Positions 23,701 through 33,993 of a stretch of DNA of 64,000 nt are shown in pieces. A model generated the notes under the pieces. That model was not told the origin of the DNA. It worked only from the letters and a program-made list of their open reading frames with translations, and ran no database searches. The translations under genes and the position numbers were made by a program. How positions within the stretch are numbered: position 1 is the first letter of the stretch; each line of letters starts with the position of its first letter. Source of the stretch: Cladosporium halotolerans (Eukaryota); NCBI RefSeq assembly GCF_011745625.1, contig NW_027191458.1:248001-312000 (forward strand), given 5' to 3'.

Positions 23701-23767
23701 GCTCTGCTGTGAATTGAGTGACGGTTATGACACTGCTGACAAGGCTTAAGACTGCTACACCCTCCAT
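20708..23767 (-). CDS. NACHT/STAND (NLR-like) NTPase with a fungal STAND N-terminal helical domain
   Basis: N-terminus MEGVAVLSLVSSVITVTQF (typical of the SesA/HeLo-like class), Walker A WISGEPGTGKS, Walker B YIIIDGLDE, KVCVSSRPW, ADGNLLWV, HRVIYDFL. Intronless. Confidence 0.9.
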   Translation of the reverse strand: MEGVAVLSLVSSVITVTQFTAELTIATGKLIKSAGDALPEQEWIEEVAGQSRQLAEDLQNMSKDTGPLTKPDAAVAKLAGRCLEESSAITALLQTMKVPLRSDGTKSKLRAARTACKVMLKRGDLQARHKKLGDLERQLAALLLYAIKRSDQEGFGELREMVDRQGRDCVTVVREAQTALVNKLNALQNAMQAVLQQVARVAQHQLNALEKQRVEDLLSSLAYNSMNSRKEMIADPTGSSYDWAFEDSKQPTHQWLNSSISHCWISGEPGTGKSVFMKSLRLDRRTSSALQTHASGDKVLMLDHYFWIAGGDLQQRSLKAMLQHLCYQAIEQYDVLAKVAFPDEWQRGMSMRGLSWNPKSLLQALTRIISTLGFKTYIIIDGLDECGAKEQQERQERQELIALLVDLLKETNVKVCVSSRPWTEFESAFSEWPRLKLPENSAWDIFQLVCHRLQSANRGLFEDAGNDMGLFELTCMRIHQGSYTEYWKALDSLDPPKRLIRELCAKADGNLLWVTFALSPVCERLAGGESATEMGRYIKKLPQEVEKYLYQLVYSRIHSTYRTDGNSECAMALKLAAETNDSHIRYFFMWMLQKSIQSGRGIAHSQGFATCLASVDDDVAECRAVHNTMRVFVETRCKDLMALSPATAYNPSLMPHGIEYQHRVIYDFLRSTKMRSKIDAHVPKHFKAPEFLLELEMLEFQIKVDKFEGASNSSLRGLDLHTIQLANGLEDYSAATLWHADGTFNKPAVQACEDSARAAFRRLVSHSFQRSRLRKYWDGWAYLILQLARYRHYGLIEDVVKLVFETKTGFVDPKEIESDNAFDDVEGHDLRLWYTRRAVSEHELSARDTATASSQPKAYYLPCSNNVWTDFLRTVCGFMNMLDRQSVPKITFAREKSAILEAMTIFLEAGASTEVEICVSAPLCHGPVCVCPDASTHSGLYECPEPYPRSGDTHEWVEAKDVVLQILGIPQSELIQKFPKSQEWGRFSHAELLEKAVKVDSVWRKYVKECVANNRRPLE

Positions 23768-24928
23768 GTCGATGGCGATGGTGAATGCCGAAGGACGAGA
23801 AGCTGAACCTGCTGAAGTCTTGCTGCAGAAGAGAACGATGAGCGAAGAGCAATCCGCATTCGAGAGAATGAACGAGGCTGTGTTCTGCTCTCCGGGTGGG
23901 GTTGGGCACACATGGCGTTATGCAAATGCAGGCGCGGTGGCGGGCTCAGCTTCACGTAGCGATGGCTGCGAGGCTGCGCAAAGGCGTTGTTTGCACGAAT
24001 CACCGGGCCGCCGAGCCTTCAGCTGATGGCTATCGCAACCTATCAAAACCACAACCTGCTGTGGAACGGTAAGAGCTGAGGCAACTTGCATGTAGCTGCG
24101 CCCACCGGGGCCCTGAAAGTAGCCTGACATCTTGAACGGCATCATTCTCTAGGCTTGAACCTATTGAATGGTTGCTGCCTGTTGCCCATTCGAAGATATT
24201 CGTCGGTTCTTAAAGTAAGCTCTACGAAAAGTTGGCTCCAAAGGCTGGGTGACATGGCGCAGCCATTCAGGCTGACTTTGCATCAGCCATCGTCTTATTG
24301 CCTGTAGCCGCCAAGGCCTTGGTTGCCGTGAAGGTACATACTCAGCCTCTCAAGAATCGAGACCGTCTTCGCCAGGCTTGTGATCACCGCGGCACGAGGT
24401 TTGAAGTGTTGACTCCCTTCGCGGGCTGAGTCTTCGTCGGCGAAACTTCGACCGCGCATACTTATGATAAAATTCAGTGGTAAAATGAGTCTCGTAATCA
24501 TCGTTGCATATGAACTTATCGATCATGCTCACACGTAAACCATGGCCTTTCACTCACATGCAGGCGTCATATGTGCTCGTGTAAGTACTCGATCAGTGCT
24601 TTTTCACGCTCTCTCGCGTAGGTTCCGTCGCGTTGTATGCTCATCTGACCATCTAACGCGTTGCTGTCCGTTCGAACGACCAAACTCTACAGCAACACTG
24701 AGCGTGCTGCTCTTCTTCTTCGTGTTGCTCGCGAGCTGACCTTCCATTGCTGACCGAAATCGCATCCAGATTGCGATGGCGCAGTCGATACATCGGCTTC
24801 TTCCGCTCCGTCGACCGTGAAAGGGCATATGTTCTTGCGGCCCATACTTCTAGCATGGCGCCTGATTGTGTACGAGACACCTCCCATGTTCCTTTCAAGT
24901 GAAATAAGAGGTGTCTAGAACCGCTCCT

Positions 24929-26167
24929 TCAAACCTCCCCCTCCCCAGTCCTCTTCCTCGTATCACAAGGCGACGCCGCCCTCGAGCTCTCCCGCGAATC
25001 ACTATCGCCGAGCGACGAGACATCCTCCACGTGCCTAAACCGCGCCATATTGTAATCTGAATTATGGCTGATGCGGCTCGTCTTGCGCCTCGTGGCGCCG
25101 TCGTGCGTCGGCGAAGCGGAAGGGTGCGTGATGTTGGTGCTCATGCGGTTCAAGTCGACGAAGTCCGAGACGTCGATATCGTTGAAATCGTCCGAGCGGG
25201 CGCGGCTGTGGCCGTGGCCGTGGCCGTGGGCGTAGGCGCCGCCGCCGCGGCTGCCTTTCTTCTCGGCGGTCGGCTCGCCGAGGAAGCCGATGGAGGTGGC
25301 GCGCAAGCCGCCGTCGGAGCCCGGGCGCTGGCCGATGGCAAAGCTGACGAGCTTGCCGAGGATGGCGAACTCGAGCTTGAGCTTGATGGAGTAGACGACG
25401 CCCTTGACGAGGGTTTCGAGGATGTAGAGGGAGGCACACTCGATACCGAGGAGGCCGAGGTCCATGGTGATGATGACGACGTTGATGGTGATGAGCTGGT
25501 ACATGGTGCGCTTGGTGTTGGGTTGGAGGGAGGTGCGAAGGATCTTGCTCGTTTCGATGATGTAGATGCCCGACAGGATGATTTCCTGCACGAAGAAGCC
25601 GGCCATTTGGATTTTTTCCATTACGTTGTAGCCGCGGACGAAAACGTCGGTCCTGGTGTCGCCGTTCGAGCCGAACGTCAGAACGGTGGTGGGAATGTGG
25701 AGGAGGATTGCATTGCAGATAATCATCCATTTCGTCCAGTGGAGGATGCGGTCACCGCGCTCTCCGGAGACGATCAGGTGCAGACGTGACCAAAGAACCA
25801 AGCTCTGGCCCGTGACCATTGGGTACCAGCCGATAGTCAGAAAGAAGACCGACAGCCACCGAAGGTCTCCAGGGGTGTGATTGTCGAATTTGAGGAAGAA
25901 GCCCAGAGAGTAAGGTATTATACCGATACTAGATATGAGTAGTGACCAATAGTAGAGCCCGCGGTGACGCGTGAACGTCAAGCTGATCATAGCGATGAGC
26001 TCTACCGAATTGTACATCGCCAACCCGCTAAGGAAGATAATGACAATACGAAGTGACGTCGACTGTCCATTGTAGCCCGCTGTGATGCCGGCGCCGGGTG
26101 AGAGCCAGCTCGACGAGGACGCAACATCCTGCGCTGTGCTTGTGCTTCCTGTAACGGTGCTTGTCAT
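24929..26167 (-). CDS. Fungal multi-pass integral membrane protein (about 7 TM, uncharacterised family)
   Basis: Motifs GLYYWSLL, MVTGQSLVLWSRLHL, EKIQM..F..QE.I.SG.YI and YSIKLKLEFAIL, followed by a hydrophilic C-tail. Confidence 0.88.
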   Translation of the reverse strand: MTSTVTGSTSTAQDVASSSSWLSPGAGITAGYNGQSTSLRIVIIFLSGLAMYNSVELIAMISLTFTRHRGLYYWSLLISSIGIIPYSLGFFLKFDNHTPGDLRWLSVFFLTIGWYPMVTGQSLVLWSRLHLIVSGERGDRILHWTKWMIICNAILLHIPTTVLTFGSNGDTRTDVFVRGYNVMEKIQMAGFFVQEIILSGIYIIETSKILRTSLQPNTKRTMYQLITINVVIITMDLGLLGIECASLYILETLVKGVVYSIKLKLEFAILGKLVSFAIGQRPGSDGGLRATSIGFLGEPTAEKKGSRGGGAYAHGHGHGHSRARSDDFNDIDVSDFVDLNRMSTNITHPSASPTHDGATRRKTSRISHNSDYNMARFRHVEDVSSLGDSDSRESSRAASPCDTRKRTGEGEV

Positions 26168-27889
26168 GCTGTGGCGGGGGATACGACCAGAAAGGGGCGG
26201 GTCGCTCTCTCAAGTGAAGTCGTGAGGTTGAAATCGCATCCAATCTTCCAGGCTTCTGATCATCGTGAGTCCACCTAGAGTGCGTGGAGTCCTAGTGAGA
26301 GACGAGTGTGATCAAGGGAAAGAGAGCATAGGAGAGAGGTATTCAGCTGTACCAAGAAGGATTCCGGGACCCCGCAGACATCGAGCAGCGTGAAGAGAGC
26401 CGGATCGGCGAAAGTCCGTCGCTGTAACGCTGTAACGAATGGGTGGGAGACAAGAAGGTTAAGCACACTGGCCGATCGAAACTCTACGGCCACGCCGAGC
26501 CCCAGCCTGGAGCCTCCAAATTGCGGGGGACAACGATGACGCTGGGGAGCAGGAGAAGCAGGCCATAACCACGTGGATGAGCCGCGGTAGCCGGGTTGTG
26601 TGGCCAGTGACAGGTCCGTTAGTGCTGTCGAGCGCGGCTAGCGAGAGTTGGTTAAAGGCGGTGACTCCGCGGCTAATAATAACGGGTGTCGTTACACGGC
26701 AAGACATGATCGGATAATCTCGATGTTGTCTCTTCGTCTGCCAGCGTCCACAAGCCTGTGTTTCTCTTGTCGAATCCATCCGGCCTGCTAGACGTCCTCG
26801 ATGTATCATGTATCCAGAGTCGTCGTATTCGCTCGGATCCTTCCTCCACCTTCCCGCGAGAATGAAGGGCATTACGGCGTGGCGCTCGCCTATTGCCGCG
26901 ATGTTGCAGGGATGGACGTCAAGCGCGGCATGTCCGACTCCGCTGCGCCCTCCATCCCGTCACGTGCCCGCATTTCTCCGACCATTCATACGCCGCAGTG
27001 AGAATCCACTGCGGGACTGCACACCGGTCATTTGGCCTGGAGAGTGCACTCATGTGACCGTCTTTGCGCCGCAAAATGCGGCGGCAGTGCAGGATGGTTT
27101 TGTAGAGAAATACAAGCAATCGAGTCAATCTCTTGCTTGCCCGCGCCCAGAGCTGAGCGTTTGTCGATCTGCGAGACAAAAACGCCATGAGCTTGGCACG
27201 CGGCTGGCAAGACGGGTGCTGTCCCGCTGGACGTCTGCGTTCTTGTCGCGGGTCCTTAACGACATCGTTCCAGAGACGTTACTGCACAATAACAATATTT
27301 TAGCGCAAACGAGCGACTTCTGATCATTGCAACGATGGCCGTCAACGTTACCACTTTACATCCGCAGCGATAGCGTTCACCCAATGGGTGTCCAGAGTCC
27401 ACCTCTCGATTCGAGGTCGAGCGGTTGCCAACGTCGTAACATTCTACCAATATGCTCCACACCTCAGAGCACGGCTTGGTCAACCCTTGAAAGATGCTTC
27501 GTTGGAGACCATCCGCATTCAAGGTCCGATAAGTCGTGCCAATCGAGTATCTGCGCTGTTGAATCAAGTACAGTTCGGCTCCCTCGGCAAAAGGCTTGAC
27601 TCCATCAGGTGAAAGATCGTCTATATACCAGAATCATTTACCGGCGGAGATACCACCAACAATGTCATCATACTTTCTAGTAGACTATTGTTCTTCCCGA
27701 GAGGCTATTCTTCGAAGACTCGCTACACACATTGACCCTGAGATTGATACATTGAGACTTTGAACGCGGAAAAAAACATTGATTCAGCTTACCTTTCACT
27801 TACATGTGATCGAACTTTGAGACTTCCAGCATCGCGATGAAGACAGGACCATCCCAACGCTCATTCTCATACTTTCCCAAGAAATCTTC

Positions 27890-28756
27890 TCACAGGCTGA
27901 AAGCGCCTCTGCGCCGGCCATCAGCCAAGAACAAGACCTCGGTCAGATCCTCCCCAACAGCCTCATTCTCAGGACCAGGCGCCAAGTTCCTCGCTACATT
28001 GACGATGTAGGCCAGGAAGATCTGCAGCTCATCAACCACATCCGGGTTCTCGCGCGTTTGCGGGACGCCATGGCGCACAACGTCCGGGAAATCCCTGTTG
28101 AAGCCCGCCTTCAGAACCTCAGCGAGCTGGCGACTTTCCATCCTACGGGCCCCGACGCGCTCGATCGTGCCCCACATGTTCAGCGCGTAGGCGTCGACCC
28201 TGGCGCGGACGGCGGGCTCGTCGTTGCCGGAGTCCGCCGCGAGGGCGCGCAGCATGTTAGCCATGACAATCAAGGCGGAGCCCAGGCGGGCGTCGACCGA
28301 CACGGCGCCGGTGGTGAAGATCCGGTCATTCCAGCCGAGCGCGATCATGGCGGCGCCGGTGGCGCGCTGGATGCCGTCGCGCGTGTACTCGATGCGGCCG
28401 TTGAAAGTGTTCACAGCGGTGAAGGGAGCGGCGTTGGAGAGGGCGCCCGCGGGAACGTTGACTCCGAGCAGCCCGGACGCGCGCAGAGCACGTACGACAC
28501 TGTCGTGGCGGTCTTGGTCGGGCGGGAGGTGCCGCATGATGAGATTCCTCTGGAAGAGCTGCTTGCGGCACATGGCGCAGCTAGCCTTGGAGGGCTGGTT
28601 GAGCCATTGGGTGATGCACTCGCGGCAGAAGACGTGGTCGCAGGGAGTCTTGACCGGGGAGGCCATTGGCTCGGTCAGGCAGATTGAGCACGGCTCCTCT
28701 GAAGTCACTGGAACCAGTCCAGTAGACATGAAGCTGTCACGAGTTGGGAGAGACAT
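27890..28756 (-). CDS. C3HC4 RING-finger protein (putative E3 ligase)
   Basis: CSICLTEPMASPVKTPCDHVFCRECITQWL...CAMCR. The likely start is MSLPTRDSFM at 28756, with an upstream in-frame ATG at 28849. Confidence 0.85.
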   Translation of the reverse strand: MSLPTRDSFMSTGLVPVTSEEPCSICLTEPMASPVKTPCDHVFCRECITQWLNQPSKASCAMCRKQLFQRNLIMRHLPPDQDRHDSVVRALRASGLLGVNVPAGALSNAAPFTAVNTFNGRIEYTRDGIQRATGAAMIALGWNDRIFTTGAVSVDARLGSALIVMANMLRALAADSGNDEPAVRARVDAYALNMWGTIERVGARRMESRQLAEVLKAGFNRDFPDVVRHGVPQTRENPDVVDELQIFLAYIVNVARNLAPGPENEAVGEDLTEVLFLADGRRRGAFSL

Positions 28757-29076
28757 CTTCGCTTTGCAAGATTGATTTGGTAGCCGCAGAGACGATGGCA
28801 GATGCGTCTGGTCCCTGCACCGTTCGGTCGTCGATGGGACATGGCTCATATACTACTTGGTTACTTAATCGTCGGGTCTTTGTCTGAGTTTCACCCTTTG
28901 TCGTCTATTCGTCTATGACAAAGGATTTGTGCCCAAACAATAGCCTTGTGTGGTGGTTCATTGCTTCGGGACTTGGTCTCTTTGTGCACTCACTCGAAGT
29001 TCTGGCTTTCGCGCTCAGCAAGGCGCAAGGAGGTCGGTTCTACGATGGCTTGCGTTGCATTATCATGGGGAAGCCG

Positions 29077-29078
<2 letters not shown>

Positions 29079-29120
<42 letters not shown>
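29079..29120. repeat. (GT)21 microsatellite
   Basis: Perfect GT dinucleotide run downstream of the MetRS stop codon. Confidence 0.98.
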
Positions 29121-29125
<5 letters not shown>

Positions 29126-29231
29126 GCTCGCAGCAGCTTTGGCTGATCCCACCTCTGGTAATACAGATATAGTATACAACTGATATTTCTACAAGGGAAT
29201 GAAAAGGCATGGATGATGACTTACTTTTCAT

Positions 29232-31091
29232 TCACCGATCGCTTGTAAGTGCAGGGAACAGGACACCGTTCGCTCCCTTGCCCAGATCCACCAATGGGTC
29301 TCCAAAAGCATCATCTTTGCCGGCGACACACCATTCCCAGCTCCTCCTCTCTGGCTTGACACCGAGCATGTCTAGCATTCTCGCAGCGCTGCTAGGAATG
29401 AAAGCCTGCAGCATGATCCCAACCAGTCGCAGCGTCTCGGCGTTGATATAGACGACACGGTCGATCTCAGCTTCCATCTCCTCTACGCTCTCTCCTCGCT
29501 TCGCCGCATCATGCAATTCTTGGCCTGTGGTATCGGCCATGGCAGAGCGAAGTTTCGTCGCAGTGACCCACGGCGACGTCTTCTGCAGGTGCCCGTTGGC
29601 AGAATAGACTGCGTTCATGATAGCCTGCAACGCACGGTTGGGGTGCAAGTCGCGCATTTGCTTTTCGACCAGCGAAGGGAGTTCGCGAAGGCGGCCGTAA
29701 GCGCGACGGTTGACATCGCCGCTTTCATCAGATACGGCTGGGTGCTGGCCCTCGGCGAGGTCGGGATGGGCGTAGCGCTGGACGGCGCGTTGGACGTCCC
29801 AGTTCTTTGCGCGCATGATGCGGCCGACGAGGTTGCCGAGACCGCCCTGGAGGCCTTTTTTGTATTTCTCAATGACAAATTCATTGTCGTAGTCGGCATC
29901 TTGGGAAATACCACCCTCTTGCACAAGATACCACCGCAGAGGGTCGATGCCGAAGCGTTCCAGGGCGAAAAACGGATTCACAACATTGCCCGTAGATTTC
30001 GCCATCTTCTGGCGACCAAGAGTCCAATGCGCGTGTGTGAGAATTTGATTGGGAAGCGGCAAGTCAAGAGCCATCAAGAATGCCGGCCAGTAAATGCAGT
30101 GAAAGCGAATTATGTCCTTACCAATGACCTGAACGTCCGGTGGAAAACCAGTCGCGGACTCTTGACCGGGGGTGAAAGGGTAGCCGACCGCAGTAGCATA
30201 GTTGAGCAATGCGTCGAGCCAGACATAGATGGTTTGAGAAGGGTCTGTGGGGACACGAATGCCCCATTGCAGTCGGCTGCTTGGGCGAGAGATAGAAAGA
30301 TCCTCCAGGTTTGTGGACACCTGCCTGATGACATCCTCCATTCTCGTTCGCGGCACAATCCATTCCGGGTTCTCCTCGTACCATTTGAGTAAGCGATCCT
30401 TGAACGCTGAGAGCTTGAAGTGATAGTTCCGCTCGCTGGTCCATTCAACTTCCTTTCCTGTCTCAATGCTCACCATAATCTTCCTCCCAGTCGGCGGGTC
30501 GACAATCAAGTGTACCTGACTCTTAGGGTAGAAGGTCTCGTCCGAAACACTGTACCAACCCTCATGCTTATTCTCATAGATGAATCCCTTCTCCTGTAGT
30601 ATCTGCCAGGCGTACTCGACACCTTCATTGTGCTGTTTGTCCGTCGTCCGGATGAAAATGTCAGTGCCAACATCTATGCTCTCAGCAAGATCCTTGAACA
30701 CCTGAGCTCCCTTGTCGCAAAACGCCTTGGGTTCCGCATCTGCTTTGGCAGCGGCCTGCTGGATCTTCAGGCCATGCTCGTCCGTGCCCGTGCAGAGGAT
30801 GGCTTCTCGACCTTTCACTTCTTGCCAGCGCTTGAGCACGTCCGTGAGGAGCATGGTATACATGTGGCCCACATGAGGGGCGGCATTGACGTAGAAAATC
30901 GGCGTGGTCGCGTAGTATGGCTTCGTCTCATTCGACTTGGTTGCCGTCGCAAGGCTTCTGCGGTAGGAGGGGTTTCGCGGTGATTGCGCAGTGCGGCAAT
31001 TCTGGCAGACCCATTGAGGCCGCCATCTTCGCGCGATCAATGATTGTAAAGGATTAAGGGCGCCCGCAGCCGACGTGGCTGCAGTGCGCAT
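29232..31091 (-). CDS. MSM1: Methionyl-tRNA synthetase, mitochondrial
   Basis: TTPIFYVNAAPHVGH, GTDEHG, YVWLDALLNY, GKDIIRFH and KMAKS motifs, with an Arg-rich presequence. Confidence 0.96.
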   Translation of the reverse strand: MRTAATSAAGALNPLQSLIARRWRPQWVCQNCRTAQSPRNPSYRRSLATATKSNETKPYYATTPIFYVNAAPHVGHMYTMLLTDVLKRWQEVKGREAILCTGTDEHGLKIQQAAAKADAEPKAFCDKGAQVFKDLAESIDVGTDIFIRTTDKQHNEGVEYAWQILQEKGFIYENKHEGWYSVSDETFYPKSQVHLIVDPPTGRKIMVSIETGKEVEWTSERNYHFKLSAFKDRLLKWYEENPEWIVPRTRMEDVIRQVSTNLEDLSISRPSSRLQWGIRVPTDPSQTIYVWLDALLNYATAVGYPFTPGQESATGFPPDVQVIGKDIIRFHCIYWPAFLMALDLPLPNQILTHAHWTLGRQKMAKSTGNVVNPFFALERFGIDPLRWYLVQEGGISQDADYDNEFVIEKYKKGLQGGLGNLVGRIMRAKNWDVQRAVQRYAHPDLAEGQHPAVSDESGDVNRRAYGRLRELPSLVEKQMRDLHPNRALQAIMNAVYSANGHLQKTSPWVTATKLRSAMADTTGQELHDAAKRGESVEEMEAEIDRVVYINAETLRLVGIMLQAFIPSSAARMLDMLGVKPERRSWEWCVAGKDDAFGDPLVDLGKGANGVLFPALTSDR

Positions 31092-31505
31092 GATGGGCGA
31101 TACTCTTTGTCAAGTCGTTCAGGGCTGTTCGCGGATCGCGAAGTTGCGAAAGCTTCAGACCTCGGCTTGTGCTTGGACCTCACCAACGGCTCGCGAAGCA
31201 TTGCAAGGAAGTCTTTCTTCTCTCATCAAGGATACACTGTCTCATTTAGATCAATACATTTCGCACGCACTAGGACCTTAGGCTACATGGCAATGTAAAC
31301 CCATATTACTATGTCGTCTCGGCCTCACGTCCGTGGGCGGATAAGTGGATCGTCAGGTACATGGAGAGGTGACGTCTGGATTGCGATGTGGATGGTGAGA
31401 GCAGACGAGGGCCTCTTGCGCGAGCATCTGTGTGATACATATCTCTTCTGACATTCTTCCAAAGTCTTCATCACTAAGTCCAATCGACCCAAATTACCTG
31501 CTAAC

Positions 31506-32576
31506 ATGTCTTCCGAACAATTCAAGCATCATCTTACCATCCAACCAGGGAGTGACAAACAGCCGACCCGGGAAGTTGTTGTAGACCACACTCATCCCGA
31601 GAGCCTGCCACTTGCTAAAGAGACGAAAGTCAAGCCTACAGGCGCGGGCAACGATGAGAATGCCTCGTTGTACTTCGTTGGCACAGCCACGACAATTCTC
31701 GAGTGGGAAGGCATCAGAATCATGACAGATCCAAACTTCCTCCACGCTGGCGACCACGTCCATCTTGGGCCCGGAGTCACCGGGCAGAGACAAACCAACC
31801 CCGCGGTAGATCTCGAGCAACTCCCTCGCATCGATGCCGTGCTGCTGTCGCATTACCATGCGGATCACTTTGACGAGAAGGTTGAAAGCTCTCTCCGGAG
31901 GGACCTGCCCATAGTGACCACCCCTCATGCCAAACACCATTTGCATGAGAAGAAGACCGACGAGGAGAAATTCACCGATGTTTACGATCTCGACTTCTTC
32001 GAGTCATGCCTGGTATCTATCGCTCAGAACAGTAAGAACGCCGAATCCGCTTCAAACGAATCCAAGACCCCGGCGATCAAAGTCACCGGAATGCCGGGCA
32101 AACACGTACCGCCCGGTCCACTATCAGCAGCCAACGATTTTCTCGCTGCTGTACCTCCGACGAATGGCTGGATGGTCGAGCTCGGCTACAAGCCTAGCCC
32201 ATCGGCTCCGGACTCCACGTTTTCCAACGGCTACCGCATCTACATCTCCGGTGACACGCTCATGGTCGACGAGCTGAAAGAGATTCCCAAACGATACGCT
32301 GGCCAGAAGATCGACCTCATGCTTGTCCACTTGGGTGGAACGACAATCCCTAGTCCGAAGATGCCGCTGTTGATGGTGACCATGGATGCGACTCAGGGCA
32401 TACAGCTTATGCAGCTGATCAAACCGGATCTGACTATACCGATTCATTATGACGACTATGATGTTTTCCTCAGTCCGCTCGAGGATTTCAAGAAGGCGGT
32501 TGAAAGTGCAGGCTGGGGAGAGAAAGTGGTGTATTTGGATAGGGGCGACCAGTATCGTTTTAATGTCTTGAGATGA
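31506..32576 (+). CDS. Metallo-beta-lactamase-fold hydrolase
   Basis: IMTDPNF, LLSHYHADH (HxHxDH), YISGDT and IPIHYDDY motifs. Confidence 0.9.
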   Translation: MSSEQFKHHLTIQPGSDKQPTREVVVDHTHPESLPLAKETKVKPTGAGNDENASLYFVGTATTILEWEGIRIMTDPNFLHAGDHVHLGPGVTGQRQTNPAVDLEQLPRIDAVLLSHYHADHFDEKVESSLRRDLPIVTTPHAKHHLHEKKTDEEKFTDVYDLDFFESCLVSIAQNSKNAESASNESKTPAIKVTGMPGKHVPPGPLSAANDFLAAVPPTNGWMVELGYKPSPSAPDSTFSNGYRIYISGDTLMVDELKEIPKRYAGQKIDLMLVHLGGTTIPSPKMPLLMVTMDATQGIQLMQLIKPDLTIPIHYDDYDVFLSPLEDFKKAVESAGWGEKVVYLDRGDQYRFNVLR

Positions 32577-32761
32577 GATCCTGATTGGTGTGTGGTTTCC
32601 CGGGGTGACAATCGAACAGTCAGTAGCACATAATGGAGGCATCGATTGAGGTTTGGACGATTTTCGTTGTTATCGATGCTACGCTAGCATCACCGCGCCA
32701 CTCAATGATTTCATGCCATAACCGTCCAACGCCCTACACCTCAAATTCGGCCTTGTAACAT

Positions 32762-33264
32762 TTAGTCGGACTTAGCAACGCGCTTGCCCTTGGCGTTCTT
32801 CTTGGGGGTCTCGACAATGGTGAGTCCTGAATATGCTGTCAGTCGCAAATCCCAAAGTCTAAATGTCGAAAAGTGCTGAACGATTCGACGGCATCGAATC
32901 ACAAATCACTGGAAGAGATTTCGTACCGGGAGGAAGAGACTGCTTGAGCTTCTCGGCCTTGTCGTTGTCCTTCAGGACGAGAGTGTAGAGCTCCCGGGTG
33001 CAGCGGACCTTGAACTTGATCTGCTGGGGAGAGTTCTTCTTGATGCGCGCCGCTGTGAAACATCCCAGTCAGCCACTGATGTTTCCCAACAATGCATTCC
33101 TAATCGCTCTGCGCATTTGCTTTCATTCCGCGATCTCGCGATTCCTTCAATTTCCTCGCTCTTTACTCGGTCCAGTGTCTTCGATTCGGGTGAAACGTAC
33201 AGGAAGCATCCTTGCGGCGGCAGATCTCAATGAAGTTCTTGATGTCGGAGACTTCGCGAGGCAT
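32762..33264 (-). CDS. RPL38: 60S ribosomal protein L38 (eL38); exons 33264-33201, 33052-32927, 32826-32762
   Basis: Spliced protein [84 protein letters not shown], with two canonical introns. Confidence 0.97.
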
Positions 33265-33480
33265 TTTGGCGGTATTTGTCTGACTGGTGGGTGTCGAGAT
33301 AGCAATCGGTCGAGAAGCTGCTGCTGGCGCTCTCCAATGCCCACTGCGATTTCGCGGTGCGGCTGCGGAACTTTTTCCGCCCATCTGCGAATCTTGGCGG
33401 AGGGCGGGCGAGACTTCAATCTTTTGGCTGTGCTGTAACGATGTTGATGGAAGGCCACTGCGACAACACAATTGCTCGAG

Positions 33481-33993
33481 ATGGCCACACTCACTGAGAC
33501 GGACTACACACGTGTTTCTACTGACGCTGCTGAGAGCTTCGCCGATGCCTTCTACACAGCGCTGAACGGCTCGCGCAACCAGCTGGCGTCCTTCTACGTG
33601 CCGGCCATCACTCAGCCCAGCGGTCGCGGTCTGCCCCACATCAGCTACAACGGCGATGTGCTTAACGACCCTGTCGCGTTTGCGACACGTTTCGAGAAGG
33701 AGATGCCCTGGACGCACTTCGAGCCGCAGTCGCTGGACGTGCATGTTCTAAACCGCGCGCTGACCCCGGTGGAAGGGAAGAGCAAGAAGGAGTTGGAGCG
33801 CAACATGAGTCTCACCGTGCAGGTCTCGGGCTACGTGCGGCTGTACGAGAGGAAAGACGGGCCAATGAAGGGGTTCAGCGACAGCTTCGTACTGGTGCCG
33901 AACAAGGAGGAAGTTGGGGCCAAAGGAACGGGCAAGTCGGGTCAAGGACGGCAATGGGTGATTCAGACACAGAATCTGAGATTCGTCACTTGA
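33481..33993 (+). CDS. NTF2-like export factor (Nxt1/p15 family)
   Basis: AESFADAFYTAL...LASFY, ISYNG, VQVSGYV, FSDSFVLVPN and WVIQTQNLRFV. Confidence 0.85.
   Translation: MATLTETDYTRVSTDAAESFADAFYTALNGSRNQLASFYVPAITQPSGRGLPHISYNGDVLNDPVAFATRFEKEMPWTHFEPQSLDVHVLNRALTPVEGKSKKELERNMSLTVQVSGYVRLYERKDGPMKGFSDSFVLVPNKEEVGAKGTGKSGQGRQWVIQTQNLRFVT

Noticed and set aside
19728..23767. NLR plus adjacent amyloid-signalling effector pair
   Set aside because: I saw no G/N/Q-rich amyloid motif at the NACHT N-terminus or in the neighbouring protein, and no HeLo or lipase effector next door.
27735..27830. CTGAGA...ATAC resembling the start of a TPP riboswitch
   Set aside because: The downstream conserved TGAT...TAAT...CAGCG..AG elements are missing, and no thiamine gene is adjacent.
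26200..27880. Short ORFs (up to 171 aa) in this and other long intergenic regions (43300-44870, 58600-59600)
   Set aside because: They show no recognisable motifs, codon bias or consistent splice structure, so I treated them as promoter or UTR sequence.
29990..30015. KMAKS instead of KMSKS in MetRS
   Set aside because: It is a conservative variant with the catalytic second Lys intact, and the ORF is otherwise normal.
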